64,000 nucleotides of DNA from Camelus dromedarius. Taxonomy: Eukaryota. Position numbers and translations under genes: made by a program. The stretch lies in contig NC_087458.1 in the NCBI RefSeq assembly GCF_036321535.1, forward strand, positions 7,254,001 to 7,318,000, written 5' to 3'. How positions within the stretch are numbered: position 1 is the first letter of the stretch; each line of letters begins with the position of its first letter. Positions 24,528-38,106 of this stretch are shown in pieces. A model generated the notes under the pieces. It made no database searches, was not told where the DNA came from, and worked only from the letters and a program-made list of their open reading frames with translations.

Positions 24528-27500
24528 AACCAAAAAAAGTCTACCAAAAGAGAATAACTAAATTCCTTACCACTATGCAGCCATTAAACAGGAGAGGGAG
24601 AGCTCTATGTATCACAACAGGAAAACGTCTAAATTATATTGTTAAACGAAAGAAGCAAGTTGCAGATGCAGGACAATATATATAATGATTCCTTTCATTA
24701 AAAAAAATTGTTATTTGAGATAAATATGTAATTGATTGAAAACACCAGAAAATATCTAGAAAGAATTAACAAAGACTAAAGAATAGAACTCTTAATTTTC
24801 ACTTTCTGCCTTTCCATAATGTTTTAATTTTTCATAATAAATGAGTATCATTCATTAAAAATAAAAATACACATTTTTTATTCATAATCACTGGAAAATT
24901 TGTACCAATAAACCCCAAACTAAACTGATATTCTTTAGTCAACTTTTCTGTTTATAATATGTGAATTTGCACTGTTTATACAGAGCTACTTAAATGTGAA
25001 GTCTTTTTTATCCATCTGTGGGTTTATCTCCCCAATAAAAATGTTTTAAATCCTTAGGCATGGAATCCTATCTTCCTAATCTCTCTAGTACTTTCCATAT
25101 ATGTCTCTTTATAGCAGGTTCTTTAGAAATACTGCTGAATAATAAAAGTTCTGGGAAAAGCCTGTAACACATGGATAGTGTATACAGGTTTAGATCCTCA
25201 TATGTATAGGTGCAAAAACTACAACAGACAGTTTCTGCCCACACCATAAAAATGGGTCAGCCAATATTCTCAGGGAATCCCTTTGGCAAACATGTTGAAA
25301 AATCTTTTGGAAAGGTTTCTTCTGAGTTCTGCTTAGCTTTTAGCATCTTGGTTGTGGAACCTGCCCTCTGGGTCTAATTATTTTTCTGACGGATTAACAA
25401 TGTCAGCATCTACCCAGCTGATCTCAATTTGGTGTACCCTCCAGTGCGGTCTTTTAATTATTTTTGCAAATGAGATTCTCACATTTAATAATATGTAGGA
25501 ACATGTGAAAATAGTTAGCCACATAATGCTACAAAAATAAACCAGCATATGGCTGAAGTTTGGTACTGGGATCGCTAGCATCATTTCCTATTTACCAGCA
25601 CTCAGTAAATTCAGCTAGTAGATCTGGAGATCCAAACCTACCCTATTCACTGGCTTTGTGTTTTCTTTTTTTAATCTGTCCTAATAAGTTAGAAACAAAA
25701 AAATACTGTTTTGAAGAAAGGGGATTTTCACCCTCCCTACGAACCATTGTTCTATTTCCTCAATAGACCCTTATACGCTCTTATTTCTCCCAGACTAGTA
25801 GTTTCCAGCCTTTAGGATACATAAGAGTGAGATTCCCAGACAATAACCATTAGAGATTCTGATTCAGTAGGTATGGAGTGAGGCCCTGGAACCTGTACCC
25901 TTAATTAACACCACCCAGCACATACATCCTTATACTCCCTGATTCTGATTCAAATTCTAGGGACCGTATTATGAGAAACACTGCCTTGGACTCAAAATCC
26001 TGACTGCCAACTCTGGCCTTTCCTCCCCAATAGCTAGCATCTCAGCTCTTTCAACCAAGGTGATAACAATCAGGGTATCAAATAAAGCTGCACTAATAAA
26101 GCAATGGGAACCTGACTTAGTTACTGTCAATATTTTGTCTTAGCTTAGGTCTAAGGACAAAATGCAAAGCTTGCTTATGAAGAGTCATACTCATTTAAAA
26201 ATTGCTTTAATCTCCCAGAGACTTTTTTTTCCCCCAGAGACTTCTTTGATTGAGACATGCTCCTAGACTATTATGTTGGCTTTCAAATACTAGCAGTATA
26301 ATAAACTGATTCTATAACACTAAGCAACACAACGAATTTCTCTGAGATTTCTACAAAATGGATAGAATTATCTTTGTCCCTATTCATTCCCTTCTGCAGA
26401 GATTTTAAGTCTTAGTGTCAGGGACCTCAGGGCAGGCTGACAGAAAAAGGAAGTGTCAATAAATTAACTTTAAGAGAATTATAAATCCTGGAAAAAATGA
26501 CACGAAAAAAACCTTCATGTGTATAGATATGTACATTTTTCTGGGGATTGGCTGCATAGCTTTCATCAAATTCTCAAAGGGGTGAGTAATGAAAAAGCCA
26601 GAAGCTTAGACTCCTATCAGAAAGACTAATGGAATAATATATCAGTTGTCAATCATTAAGGAATTGACTTTCTCGTTAATATTGACTCCAGTTCCTGAGT
26701 TGATGACTCAGGTGCAAATTTCATCTTTTTCTCTTTCATACAAGTTTGTGCATTTTGTGACTTATTAGCACTTCTGCTAGAGAAGTGGGTGGAAAAGGAC
26801 AAAAATGCTAAGATTCAAACCAATTTGCTTCTTGTCACCTGCCTTCTCTAAACGTCTAGGGAATTTAAATTTAGGACTAAAATTCTTGCTATTGCCACAT
26901 TAATGTGGACAACTAAAAGGTAACGACATATTTGAAAACTCTTAGAGATGCATATCAAACTATTATCAGTGATCCCTTTTGGGTATGAAACTGTCATCAT
27001 GGGGAGGGGCTTTAATAGTTTTCTTTATACAATATTTTGTTTCGTTATATCAAGCATGTATTACTCATAATACAAAAAAAGAAAAAACTCTGAGGATATA
27101 CTCTACAGAACCCATTATACATACTATCTTACTGTCACATCCACCCATCTGCCTCCTCTCCTATCACTTTGTCAAGTATTTTTCAAAGGTCCATCTCAAT
27201 TACCACTTTTACATATGGCTATCTCTGATCATACTAAACAAGAATTCTCTCTCCCTCTTCTAAAACCTTAGAACAGCATTTATGCCACTTTTACGGTGTA
27301 TCTGAGTTTATTCAACTTCATTCATCTGAAACATATCATGCATCTAACAATGGACCAGGCACCATTCATACATGTTTACTGCCTAACAAAATGATTCTGT
27401 TCCTTCATCTCTCACAGAACCTAGCACAATGCCTTGTAAAAGGAAAGTACTCGATAAACATTTGCCAAATGATATGCAATATAATTATCAAAAGCTTTAT

Positions 27501-28985
27501 AAGGTAAATGTAAGGACTTCTTTCATTCACTGATCTTGATTTATTCTTGGCCATATCTACCCAAACATTTACTCAGTCTATTTCCATCCAAACTATATGT
27601 TCTCTTATTTATCTTAAAGCATTATTCTTTTCAACACAAAAATCTTTTGGTAGTTGTTCTTAGAAGACAGGAAAAAGAATAAAGATATGCTCTGTAAGTT
27701 GTTTGTAATTAACATTGATAGGAAAGGATCCGATTCAGAAATAGGAAAGACTATGGCTACAGATTAGGGTGAGATAGTGGGTGACTCTGTTCCACATAAA
27801 AATGCAAGTAAGAGTTTGACCTTGGTTCAGTTTTACACTTTTTTTTTTTAAAGTGTGAGTCTTCCACAGCACAACTAGTAAGAATAGCCTGGTCACTCCC
27901 CACTGAAGAGAGTCAAAAGGAAACAACAATAACACAGTTGCTTTGATTCCATCAAAAGAATATGACATCATCTGGAATTACTACAAACAAAGTCAATCTC
28001 TTATTTCCTCTAAATCTAAAGAAACATTGCACAAAATTATGAATGGTGTCTGATTTCCACTATAACATGCGTTTTAAAAAAATCACCATGACAACTTCAG
28101 CAATGTTTATTTCACTGTTTCAAAGTAAGAACTTTCACTTATATTCTAAAACAAATAAGGGTTGCACCGTGTATAACTGTAGTCAACATTGTTTTTGTCT
28201 GATCAACGTTCCTTCCCTACCCCTGGAAATACTATCACTTCTGGGTAACTGCCTACTCCAAACACACTATTCTATGAGGTGCTGCCAGTCACAGGACTCC
28301 ATGCTGAAACAGTCTCCCTAGCAATCCCATGCAATACCAACAGGGTGGGCATGTGATCAAACCAAGCCAACTGGAGTTGTTCCTCTAGATTTTTCCAACT
28401 GGATCCTGTAGGAGAGAGTCCTTCTGATGTGGGGACAAAGCAAAAAGTAAATGATGTGCTTATGACCATAGTTCCAGCCTTGTAGAAAAAAAATAGGTTT
28501 GAGAATGGAGTTGACTGACAAAAAGAAGTAGCGGTAACAGCTGCAGAGAGGGAGGTGGGCCTGAACAGTGCCTCACTTCCACTGCAGGTTTTTCTGCTCT
28601 TCCCAAAGCCTGGTTTCTTTTGACTGACCTTCAGCAACTGAGAGTCAGGATTCTTTCACTTGCATCATGAAGACCCTTAACTAACATGATAGCCTGTGAG
28701 TGAGTCCATACACTCTCATGAAATCATATATAAAATTATGTGTGCATTTATGGTTCATGGGAGGAAACTTAGCATTCAAATGATTTCCCAAAAGACTGTA
28801 AAACAGAAAAAAGGGAGTGGTGGGTGGAGGGGGGAGAAGAACATGTCCTCATTTAGAGTGAACTGTTAAATGCAAAATTAAATCAACTAACCCAAAACAC
28901 CCCTTCTTTAAGCTTTTAACTAATGAAAATTTTACCACAAAGATAATGGACAGAGTAGATAATAAATGCAAACAAAGCCACTGAC

Positions 28986-29178
28986 CTTCATTCCCCACAT
29001 CATCATTCATGAGTCCCCCCAGCCACATCTTCCAGTCCTCATCATCTGCTGTGTTGGGGTCATACATGTCGGGGGTGATATCTGGAGCTCGGAGCTCTGC
29101 CTCTAGTTGCCCCAGGGGAACATCTTTCAGAGGCATCTTAGAGCGAGTTCGGAATGCAATGAGACTGTCATCCATGGG
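28986..29178 (-). CDS. GON4L: GON4L exon 11 ([23 protein letters not shown]...LMNDDVGNE)
   Basis: TAG acceptor; AAG|GTCAGT donor; 193 nt, phase 0 to 1. Confidence 0.95.
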
Positions 29179-29371
29179 CTAGCCAACAGAGAAGGAAAAA
29201 ACATATCACTGAATGCCTACTGCTTTCAATTTCTCCAAACTTCATCATATCCTATGTGCTTCTCTTCTTAGCTTAAACCACAAGGTCTCTTCTCTAAATA
29301 ATTTGGATTTATTACTCTTTGAGAAACTTTAAGGACAATAACATCCGTTTTAAAACCAACATTCCAGGAAC

Positions 29372-31010
29372 ATTTATAACAGCTTTATTAAGATATAATT
29401 TACATACCATAAAACTCACCCTTCTAAAGTGTATAATTGAGTGGATTTTACTATATTCAAAGAGTTGTGGGACCTGATATCACCACTATCTAATACCAAA
29501 ATGTTTTCATCACCCCCAAAAGAAACTCCCTCCATTCCCCTGAGCAGTCACTTCCCATTCTGCCCTGCTCCCACTCCTGGATAACCACTAAATTTCTGTC
29601 TCTATGGATTTGCTTATGCTGGACATTTTATATAAAAAGATTCATACACTTTATGCGACCTTTTATCTCTGCCTTCTTTAACTCAGCAAAACATTTTCAA
29701 AGTTCATCCATTTTGCAGCATGTATCATTACTTCATTCCTTTTTATTGCAAAATAATATTCCATTATATGGATATACCATATTTAGTCATCCATTTATCA
29801 ACTGATAAAAACTTGGGCTGTTTGCATTTGGGGGCTATTACAAATATGCTGTTATGAACATTTGTGTACACACTTTTGCATGGACATATGTTTTCTTTCT
29901 TTTTTTTTTCTTTTTTTGTTTTTGTTTTTTCGTTCATATGTTTTCAATTCTCTTGGAGTGAAATTGTTGGGTCATATGGTAACTATGTCTAACTTTCTGA
30001 GCAACCACCAAACCATTTCCCACAGTGGCAACACAGTTTTACATTCCCAAAAGCAATATGAGGGTTCCACATTTCTTCACATCCTCGCCAGCACTCAATA
30101 TTATCCATGTTTTTTTTTATTATAGCTATACTAGTGGGTGAGAAGAGGNNNNNNNNNNNNNNNNNNNNNNNNNNNNNNNNNNNNNNNNNNNNNNNNNNNN
30201 NNNNNNNNNNNNNNNNNNNNNNNNNNNNNNNNNNNNNNNNNNNNNNNNNNNNNNNNNNNNNNNNNNNNNNNNNNNNNNNNNNNNNNNNNNNNNNNNNNNN
30301 NNNNNNNNNNNNNNNNNNNNNNNNNNNNATACAAGACCCTTATCAGATAGGTGATTTGCAATTATTTTCTCCTGTTTTGTGGGTTGTCTTTACTTTTCTG
30401 ATATATCCTTTGAGACACAAAAGTTTTTAATTTTGATGAGGTCAAATTATTTATTTTTTCATCATTTGCACTTTTGGTATTATATCTAAGAAATCACTGC
30501 CTAATCAAAGGTCACAAGGATTTACTGTTTTCTTCCAAGAGTTCTATACTTTTAGCTCATACATTTAGATCAATGGTCTATTTTCAATTAATTTTCATGT
30601 GTGGTGTGAGCAAAGGGTCCAACTTTATACTTTTGCGTGTGGATTTCCAGTTGCACAGCACCATTTGTTGAAAGACTATTCTTTTCCCATTAATTGGTCT
30701 TGGCACACTTGTCAAAGATTAACTGACTACAGTTTAAAAGTTTATTTTTAGACTCTCAATTCTGTTCCATTGATCTGTATGTCTATTCTTATGCCAGTAC
30801 CAGACTGTCTTGATTTCTGCAACTTTGTCATAAGTTTTGAAATCATTAAGTACAGACCTCCAACTTTGTTCTTTTTCAAGACTGTTTTGGTTATTCTGGG
30901 TCCCTTGCATTTCCATGTGAATTTTAGGATTAGCTTACAATTTCTGCAAAAAACAAAGCAGCTAGGACTTGGATAGGGATTGTGTTGAGTATGTAGATCA
31001 GTTTAGGAAG
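29372..31010 (-). mobile_element. Old L1 fragment (3'UTR plus end of ORF2), with an N-run at 30149-30328
   Basis: Minus-strand peptide [30 protein letters not shown] matches the L1 ORF2 C-terminal motif. Confidence 0.85.
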
Positions 31011-31109
31011 TTATCCCTAGACTACTGCAATAATATCTTAATAGATTTCTGTTTCCTCTCTTGCTCTCCTATAGTCAATTTCCCAAACCTTAACCAAAGG
31101 GACATTTTT

Positions 31110-31318
31110 TTTATTGAAGTGCAGTAGATTTACAATCTTAGTTTCAAAGCAATTCAGCTATACTTATACATACACATATATTTTTTCTTTTCAGATTTTT
31201 GCCATTACAGCTTATTACAAGAAATGGAATATAGTTCCCTTTGCTACACAGTAGGTCCTTGTTGTTTATCTATTTTATATATAGTACTATGTATCTATTA
31301 ATCCCAAACTCCTAATTT
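31110..31318 (-). mobile_element. 5'-truncated L1 3' end
   Basis: Perfect 17-bp TSD ACCAAAGGGACATTTTT at 31093-31109 and 31319-31335. Confidence 0.75.
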
Positions 31319-32570
31319 ACCAAAGGGACATTTTTAACATCAGTCAGAAAATAACACAAAAGATTTCCTAAATGTTAAAATAAAATTAAACTCTTTATAA
31401 TGGTTTTCCCAAAACCCTCATGATCTAGCTCTTGCCTAGCTCTCTGACCTCATTCCTACTACTCTCTCCCATGATCCCTATACTTCGGCTAGTTTTTGTC
31501 CCTTGAACATGTCAAGACTGTTCCCATCTTAGGGACTTTGAATGTGCTGTTTCCTCAATATGTAATACTTTTTCCCCAGATTTTTTAGACACCTGGCTCC
31601 TTCTCATTCAGATCTCAGTTCAAATGTCATCTCTCTAAGGAGGACTTTTTGGAGCATCCTAGGTAGAGTACTCTCACAGGCACTACCTTATTTCCTTGTT
31701 TTTATTTAGTTTATAGCACTTACCACATGAAATTATTAATGTGTTCATGGTTCCTCTCTCTCCAGCAGACTATAAGCTCTAAGAAGAAAGACCCTCTCTG
31801 TCTTGTACACTGCTATTCCCCAAGTTCAATCATTCAGTATGTGTAGGAATAAATGGTAATATAGAACACTATTATACCCCAACACTATTATTCTTTCACT
31901 CCAAAGCAGGGTGATTAAATTAAATGGCCCTTTCATATCTGTTTTATTCAATATTCTGTTTTTAAAGCCTAGGACTGACATATTTTTCACTGACCTAGAA
32001 GACTGATGGGGAAAACCTGAACATTAAAAAGAACTGGCTAAATGATGGAATTTAGAAAGTCATCATTTGACAATGACTACAGTAAATAGCAATGACTGTT
32101 CCAATCAATAATAAGCAATAGATGCTAAAATTAGTGGGTGAAAAGATGTTTGGCCTCAAAGATACATACTAATTAATTTTAAAATGGAAAAGTAATAATT
32201 TTACAGTAAGGAAATCAAGCAGACACCACCATAACCATATGATCAAAATTAACATGACAGAAGCCATGTTCCTCATGATATGAAGCACTGAAAAGGACCC
32301 ATCACTTCTGTGGTAAATCTGTTTATGGGGAAATATCAGAAAAATCAAAATTGAAAAACATTCTGTAAAATAATTGTTCTATATGGTTCAAAAATGTCAA
32401 GGTTATAAAAGACAAAGATTAAGAAACTGTTTTAGATTAAAAGAGACTAAGAAACAAGGTAACTAAATACAATATGTAAATCCTAGATTGTCTCTCAGGT
32501 CAGAAAACAAAATTTTTTTCTTTTGCTTTATGTAAATAACATTATTGGGAAAATTGGTAAAAACCAAATA

Positions 32571-33483
32571 AAAACTTTTTAAAATTGAAGTACAGTTTTA
32601 AAATTGAAGTACAGTTGATATACAATATTATAAAAGTTACAGGTGTACAATATAGTGAGTCACAATTTTTAAAGGTTATATTCCATTTAGAGTTACTATA
32701 AAATATTTGCTATACTCCTCTTGTGTCAGCTGTGGGTCTGTCATGCATGGCTTTTATTGCATTGAGGTATGTTCCTTCTATGCTCACTTTTGGGAGAGCT
32801 TTTATCAAAGATGGATGTTGAATTTTGTCAAAAGCTTTTTCTGCATCTACTCAGATGATCATATAGTTTTTACTCTTCAATTTGTTAATGTGGTATATTA
32901 CACTGATTTAATATTGAAAAATCACTGCATCCTCACCCTGGGGTAAATCCCATTTGATCATGGTGTATGATCCTTTTAACGTATTGTTGGATTTGTTTTG
33001 TTAATATTTTGCTGAGGATTTTTGCATCTATGTTCATCAGTGATACTGGCCTGCAACTTTCTTTTTTGTGTGTGCTATCTTTGGTTTTTGGTATCAGGGT
33101 GATGCTGGCCTCACAGAATGAGTTCAGAAGTCTTCCTTCCTCTGTAATTTTTTGGAATAGTTTGAGAAGGACAGGTGTTAAGTCTTCTCTAAATGTTTGG
33201 TAGAAGCCATCTGATCCTGGACTTTTGTTTGTTGAGAGCTTTTAAATTAGTGATTCAATCTCATTACTGGTAATTGGTCTGTTCATATTTTCTGTTTCTT
33301 CATGATTCAGCCTTGGGAGATTGTACCTTTCTAAGAATTTGTCCATTTCTTCCAGGTTGTCCATTTTTTTTACTGGCACATAGTTCTCTGAAGCAGTCTC
33401 TTATGATCTTTTATATTGCTGTGGTGTTGGTTGTAACTTCACCTTTTGGTACAATCAGTACCAAACTGACAAATTTAACCAAC
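32571..33483 (-). mobile_element. L1 insertion joining an ORF2 RT-region segment directly to the extreme 3' tail, nested in an older L1
   Basis: ORF2-like sequence at 32725-33445; L1 3' tail at 32580-32720; flanking TGGTAAAAACCAAATAA / TGGTAAAATCCAAATAA duplication. Confidence 0.65.
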
Positions 33484-33942
33484 TGGTAAAATCCAAATAA
33501 GGACTTTATATAATATTACATATCCTCATTTTCATAACCAATGTCCTCAATTTGGGGAAATATACACTGAGGTATTTAGAGGAAAAAGAGCATCACGACT
33601 GTAACATACTTCAAAGTGATTCAGAAAAAAAAAAAATATGTGTACAGAGAAAGAAAGGAGAGAATGATAAAGCAACCATAATACAAGTTAATATTTGAGG
33701 AATCTGGCTGAAAGCTGTACCTATGTTCCACATTTTAAAATGCTCTCTGTCACATACTTTATTCACTTCTTAGGACCTGCCACTGTCACATAAAATAGTA
33801 CAAAATAGAGTACCAAGGACTAACAACTTTGTAATTCTTACTTATATCAGAATTTACCATCTTCCTTTCTCCTTCCCCAATCTGAGCAACAACCAAATTA
33901 CTCCATTTGACTTTCTCAGTAATTTAGAATTATAATGTTTAC

Positions 33943-34113
33943 CTGGAAAGAATCCATGCAGACCGGACTGGAAGCCAGCTCCTCATCTACCGCATGTAAC
34001 TTCTCCATGAAAGTACTATCCTTGGTCTGCTTGGGCTTTGGGGGAGGCGGGGGCCCCATGGGCACTACCTCAGCACTGATGTGCCTGATGGCAGGTGTGG
34101 TGACTTTCTCAGC
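33943..34113 (-). CDS. GON4L: GON4L exon 10 ([29 protein letters not shown]...CMDSFQ)
   Basis: CAG acceptor; CAG|GTAAAC donor; 171 nt, phase 0-0. Confidence 0.95.
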
Positions 34114-34673
34114 CTGATTAAAAGAGGCAATTATGTTAAAAAATGAAAGGGAGGGGAAAAAATGAGCGAGAAGAGAGAAGCAAGTCTATCATATGCTAGT
34201 GATCTTCTCTTCCCATCTAGAAAGAGGCATATAAAAACAAAGGCACTGTTGACCACATTAATCTAATTAGGTTTTATCCTACTTCCAACAAAGCCAGGAA
34301 GACACTACTTAGGTTACCAAAAGTGGGAAATATAATATAAATGGCCTTAGAACGGTATTAGAAAACACATATGAAAAAGAGAAGCGTAGAAGAAAAGCAA
34401 TTCTGTCATCACTCATATTTGGTCCCTTAATAAGAATTCAGAAATCTCTCGTCACTAAGTTACAGTATTCTCTCAACTGTTCACTAATTTAAGGGACTTT
34501 GAAATCAACTGGTTAGTTACAACCGGTCACAAATACCAGGAAGATAATGGCATGATTATTGATCTTCAATTATGTTTGACAAAGGGTGAGAGCTCAGAAT
34601 CACCATAAATAAATTATCTATTTATACAGTTGAATAACCTACTTACACAGTTATCTCTACTTTACCTCTTTAG

Positions 34674-34813
34674 NNNNNNNNNNNNNNNNNNNNNNNNNNN
34701 NNNNNNNNNNNNNNNNNNNNNNNNNNNNNNNNNNNNNNNNNNNNNNNNNNNNNNNNNNNNNNNNNNNNNNNNNNNNNNNNNNNNNNNNNNNNNNNNNNNN
34801 NNNNNNNNNNNNN
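34674..34813 (-). CDS. GON4L: GON4L exon 9, inferred to lie inside this N-run (expected ~120 nt, SLLESDVES...GILSE-like)
   Basis: Recalled GON4L has ~40 aa between exon 8 and exon 10 peptides; I found no candidate elsewhere in 34114-35704; a T-rich tract (GATTTGTTTT on minus) runs into the 140-N block. The exon sequence itself is not visible. Confidence 0.6.
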
Positions 34814-35704
34814 AAAACAAATCCAGTTCACTTTCACATCTATGCCCCTACCTCATTCCACTAAGTTTGAACTATCTCAAGAGAATGAATCACAAAACAC
34901 CAATCACTGAATCGGTCAGAGTAAGAGAAAACAAAATTTAAATAAAAGCTTAATTTTCTAAAGGTGGGAACAGGGATCAGATCACTATCCTCATCAGCAG
35001 TGCAAACTCTGTAAAATTGTAAGGCACTAGTTTAAAATCATTTAACATCAAGTCAAAGAACACAGTAAGAAAGAGAATATTACATAGCTATGAAAATGAA
35101 CAAACCACAGCTATAAGTAACACTATAAAGGAATCTCAAATGACTAACGTTGAACCAAAGAGGGGAAAAAAATCACACAAAAGCATACACTATGGTTCTA
35201 CTTACACAAGGTTCAGAAACAGTAACAAAATTGAACTATAGTGTGTAGAGCTGCATATTTAGGTGGTATAATGATAAAGAGAGGCAAGGAAGTAATTACC
35301 AAGAAGTCAAGATAGTGGTTATCTACAGGGGAAGAGAAGTGATTGTGATTAGGAAGGGCATATAAGAGGAGTCTGGCAATGTTATCTTTAATGACTCTGA
35401 AGGAAGTTTCATGAGAATTAGCTTTATAATTATTTAAGCTGTATTTTTTATTTTTATTCTATGCACAGTTCTGCAAGTCATATGTATGTAAAATATTCAT
35501 AAGATGTGAAAAAATTAAGGGAGCATGAAGAAGAGAAAACACCTCACATTCTTGGATTTATGCTAAGAAATGAGTAGAAAAAAGATCTGTGTTTCAAAGC
35601 TCTCTCTAGAACAGGCGACATTACTAAGGAAGCAAAGTACACTGTCATACTGAGTCAAATTTTTTCTATATTACCAACTAACACTCCCAGGGGTAACCAC
35701 TGAC

Positions 35705-35800
35705 CTCTTCAGCGGTCTCATCCTCCTCTTCATCATCTGGCTGGTACTCCTCATCAGAGGAATCGTCGTCTTCAAGGTGGATATCCACAAACTGAGGAGG
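35705..35800 (-). CDS. GON4L: GON4L exon 8 ([32 protein letters not shown])
   Basis: TAG acceptor; GAG|GTCAGT donor; 96 nt, phase 0-0. Confidence 0.95.
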
Positions 35801-36114
35801 CTACATAAGCACAATTACAGAAAGAAATGAAATGACAGAAAACACAAATCACACGTATTTGGAAAATAAGGGGAAGAAAGTAGAGCAGGAGAAAAAAGAA
35901 ATCCTAAGAGCACAACAAACAGCTAAAGCAAATTATAAGAGGCAAGAGTTAAAAAGATCCCTAGCATGAGAGTCAAACCTAAGAGTAAAGGAATGAAAAA
36001 AAAACAAAGCTGGAATTAAAATGAAAACACAGGCCCCCAAAAAGTTAACAAATAGAAAGGTTTCAAAATGATGTCCTCCCAGAAAAGAGTAAGAATTACA
36101 GCTTCCAAGTTTAC

Positions 36115-36165
36115 CTTAATTTCATTGGCCTTCTTAATTGGTGAAATATTCCATGTTGGAATTAC
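36115..36165 (-). CDS. GON4L: GON4L exon 7 (VIPTWNISPIKKANEIK)
   Basis: CAG acceptor; AAG|GTAAAC donor; 51 nt, phase 0-0. Confidence 0.93.
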
Positions 36166-37481
36166 CTGCCAACAAAGAATGAAAATAATTAACTTCTCTT
36201 AATTGAAATAGGCTATCTTCCATTTTTACTTCTTTACCATCACAAATAGCCATCAGACTGACATGTAGCTGCAGTGATCTAAGGGTACTGATTATCCCCA
36301 AGGACACACTTGCAAATATTTATCAGTGCCTGAGAGAAGAATTTCACTTCATTTCATCAGCATTTCTGCCTTAAACCTAGTTAGATTCTGTATTATCTGT
36401 AAATGGACAAAGTGTCTGTCTTGTCTACCTTATATCACAGTTTGGGTTCACATGGAATAATGAATGTGAAAAACTATTTGTAAACAACAATGGTACACAA
36501 ATCTAAGATATTATAGGTGACAGGAGCCTTTTGCCGTCAGTATTTTTTTAATCAATTATTTAAATCCACCGTAAGTATGCCTCCAAAAACTCAGCCATGA
36601 AAAATTCTGAGGGAAGGATTTAGAGGTGAAGTGCCAAGTTGTACACAACTCATCTTCAAACAGTACAGGAAAAAACAATAAGTAGACATAGAGAGATATA
36701 AAGCAAATATGTCAAAATTTTGCAATTGTTAAATCTAGACAGAACCTAGATTCACTGTAAAATTCTTCCAACTTTTTGTGTGTTTTAAAACAATAGAGTT
36801 GACAGGGGAGAAGTTTTCTTGTTTGTTTTTTTTCTTTTTAAGAGACGCTAGCTTTTGGTTTATTTGAAAATAGAAAATGAATCGAGCCCCAAAGACCACA
36901 CCCAATGTGGTCAGAGACAGCCAAAGAGCAGCCCTGGCAGGGTGATGAGGGGGAGAAGTTTTTAAAAGAATTCTTTAAAACCTCTTCCATACTCCTGACA
37001 AAATGCCATTAGAGTGTATAATTTCTTGACCATCTAATTATGAACCAATCAAAATCATCTTATGAACAAAATCCAGTAAGTCATTAGGTTCTGTTTCTAT
37101 AAGAAGTCTGAGGCCCTCCACATCTCCTCAGCCCTGCCATGTTCTGGCTACTTACCTAGCTCTGTGTAGCCTGGCCCAAAATAGGGTAAAGGGAATGATA
37201 TGATTCAGGGCCATAACCCTTTCATCTTTGTTTCTGACCCAATCAATGTCCTTACTATCAAATCCATCAGGAAGCAGTCAGTCTATTAAGCATTAAGAAG
37301 CAAGAGACCTGGACTCTAATCCTTGTTCTCCCACATAAACTACAGTATGCGTTGTCCAACTTCTCTACAACTATATACATGGTTGGTAAACATAGTCCAG
37401 AGCCTGATTTGGATCTCCTTGGGGTTTTTTTAGAAACAATTATGGAATTAATGTTAATTATATTCTATATGTCAGGCTGAC

Positions 37482-37580
37482 TTCACAGAACTTCTGTCTC
37501 ACTGATGGCTGCTTTCATCATAGCTGCCACATGCTCATTTGTGATTACTTCCTGGAGAAAGATAAAATTTCATTTAACTA
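37482..37580 (-). pseudogene. Partial duplicate of GON4L exon 5 with its upstream acceptor region ([20 protein letters not shown] then VL*), in intron 6
   Basis: 55/60 nt identical to the first 60 nt of exon 5 (39244-39185); about 25-28 nt of upstream intron also conserved; intact CAG acceptor at 37552-37554; TGA at 37485-37483. Confidence 0.9.
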
Positions 37581-37713
37581 GAGTTAGTCAATGAGACCAA
37601 AAAAAAAAAAAAAAAATTACAGATGCAGCTGTCAAAAAAAACCAATGCACAGGGGAGCAGAATTTGCCACCCTAAAATATGTTTCTTTGGCATTAAAAAA
37701 AAAAGCCATTGTA

Positions 37714-38070
37714 AACTTAGGCTGCATCAAGGGGAGATACGGTATCTGGAACATTGAGAGGATAGCCTAAATTTAATCTGTACTAGTTAAACCACATCTG
37801 GATATGGATACACTTTTAAAAGGATATGGACAAACCAGAATCATATGGAAGAAAGAGATCATATTGGTGAAGGTACTCAAAGTCTTGTCATATGAAGACC
37901 AATAAAAATTGGGGGATACTCAGCATCAAAAAATGTTATGGGGGAGGGTATAGCTCAGTGGTAGAGTGCATGCTTAGCAAGCATGAGGTCCTAGATACAA
38001 TCCCAGCACTTCCTTCTAAAAATAAATAAGTAAATAAACCTAATTACTTCCCCTCCCCAAAAAAAACCCA

Positions 38071-38106
<36 letters not shown>

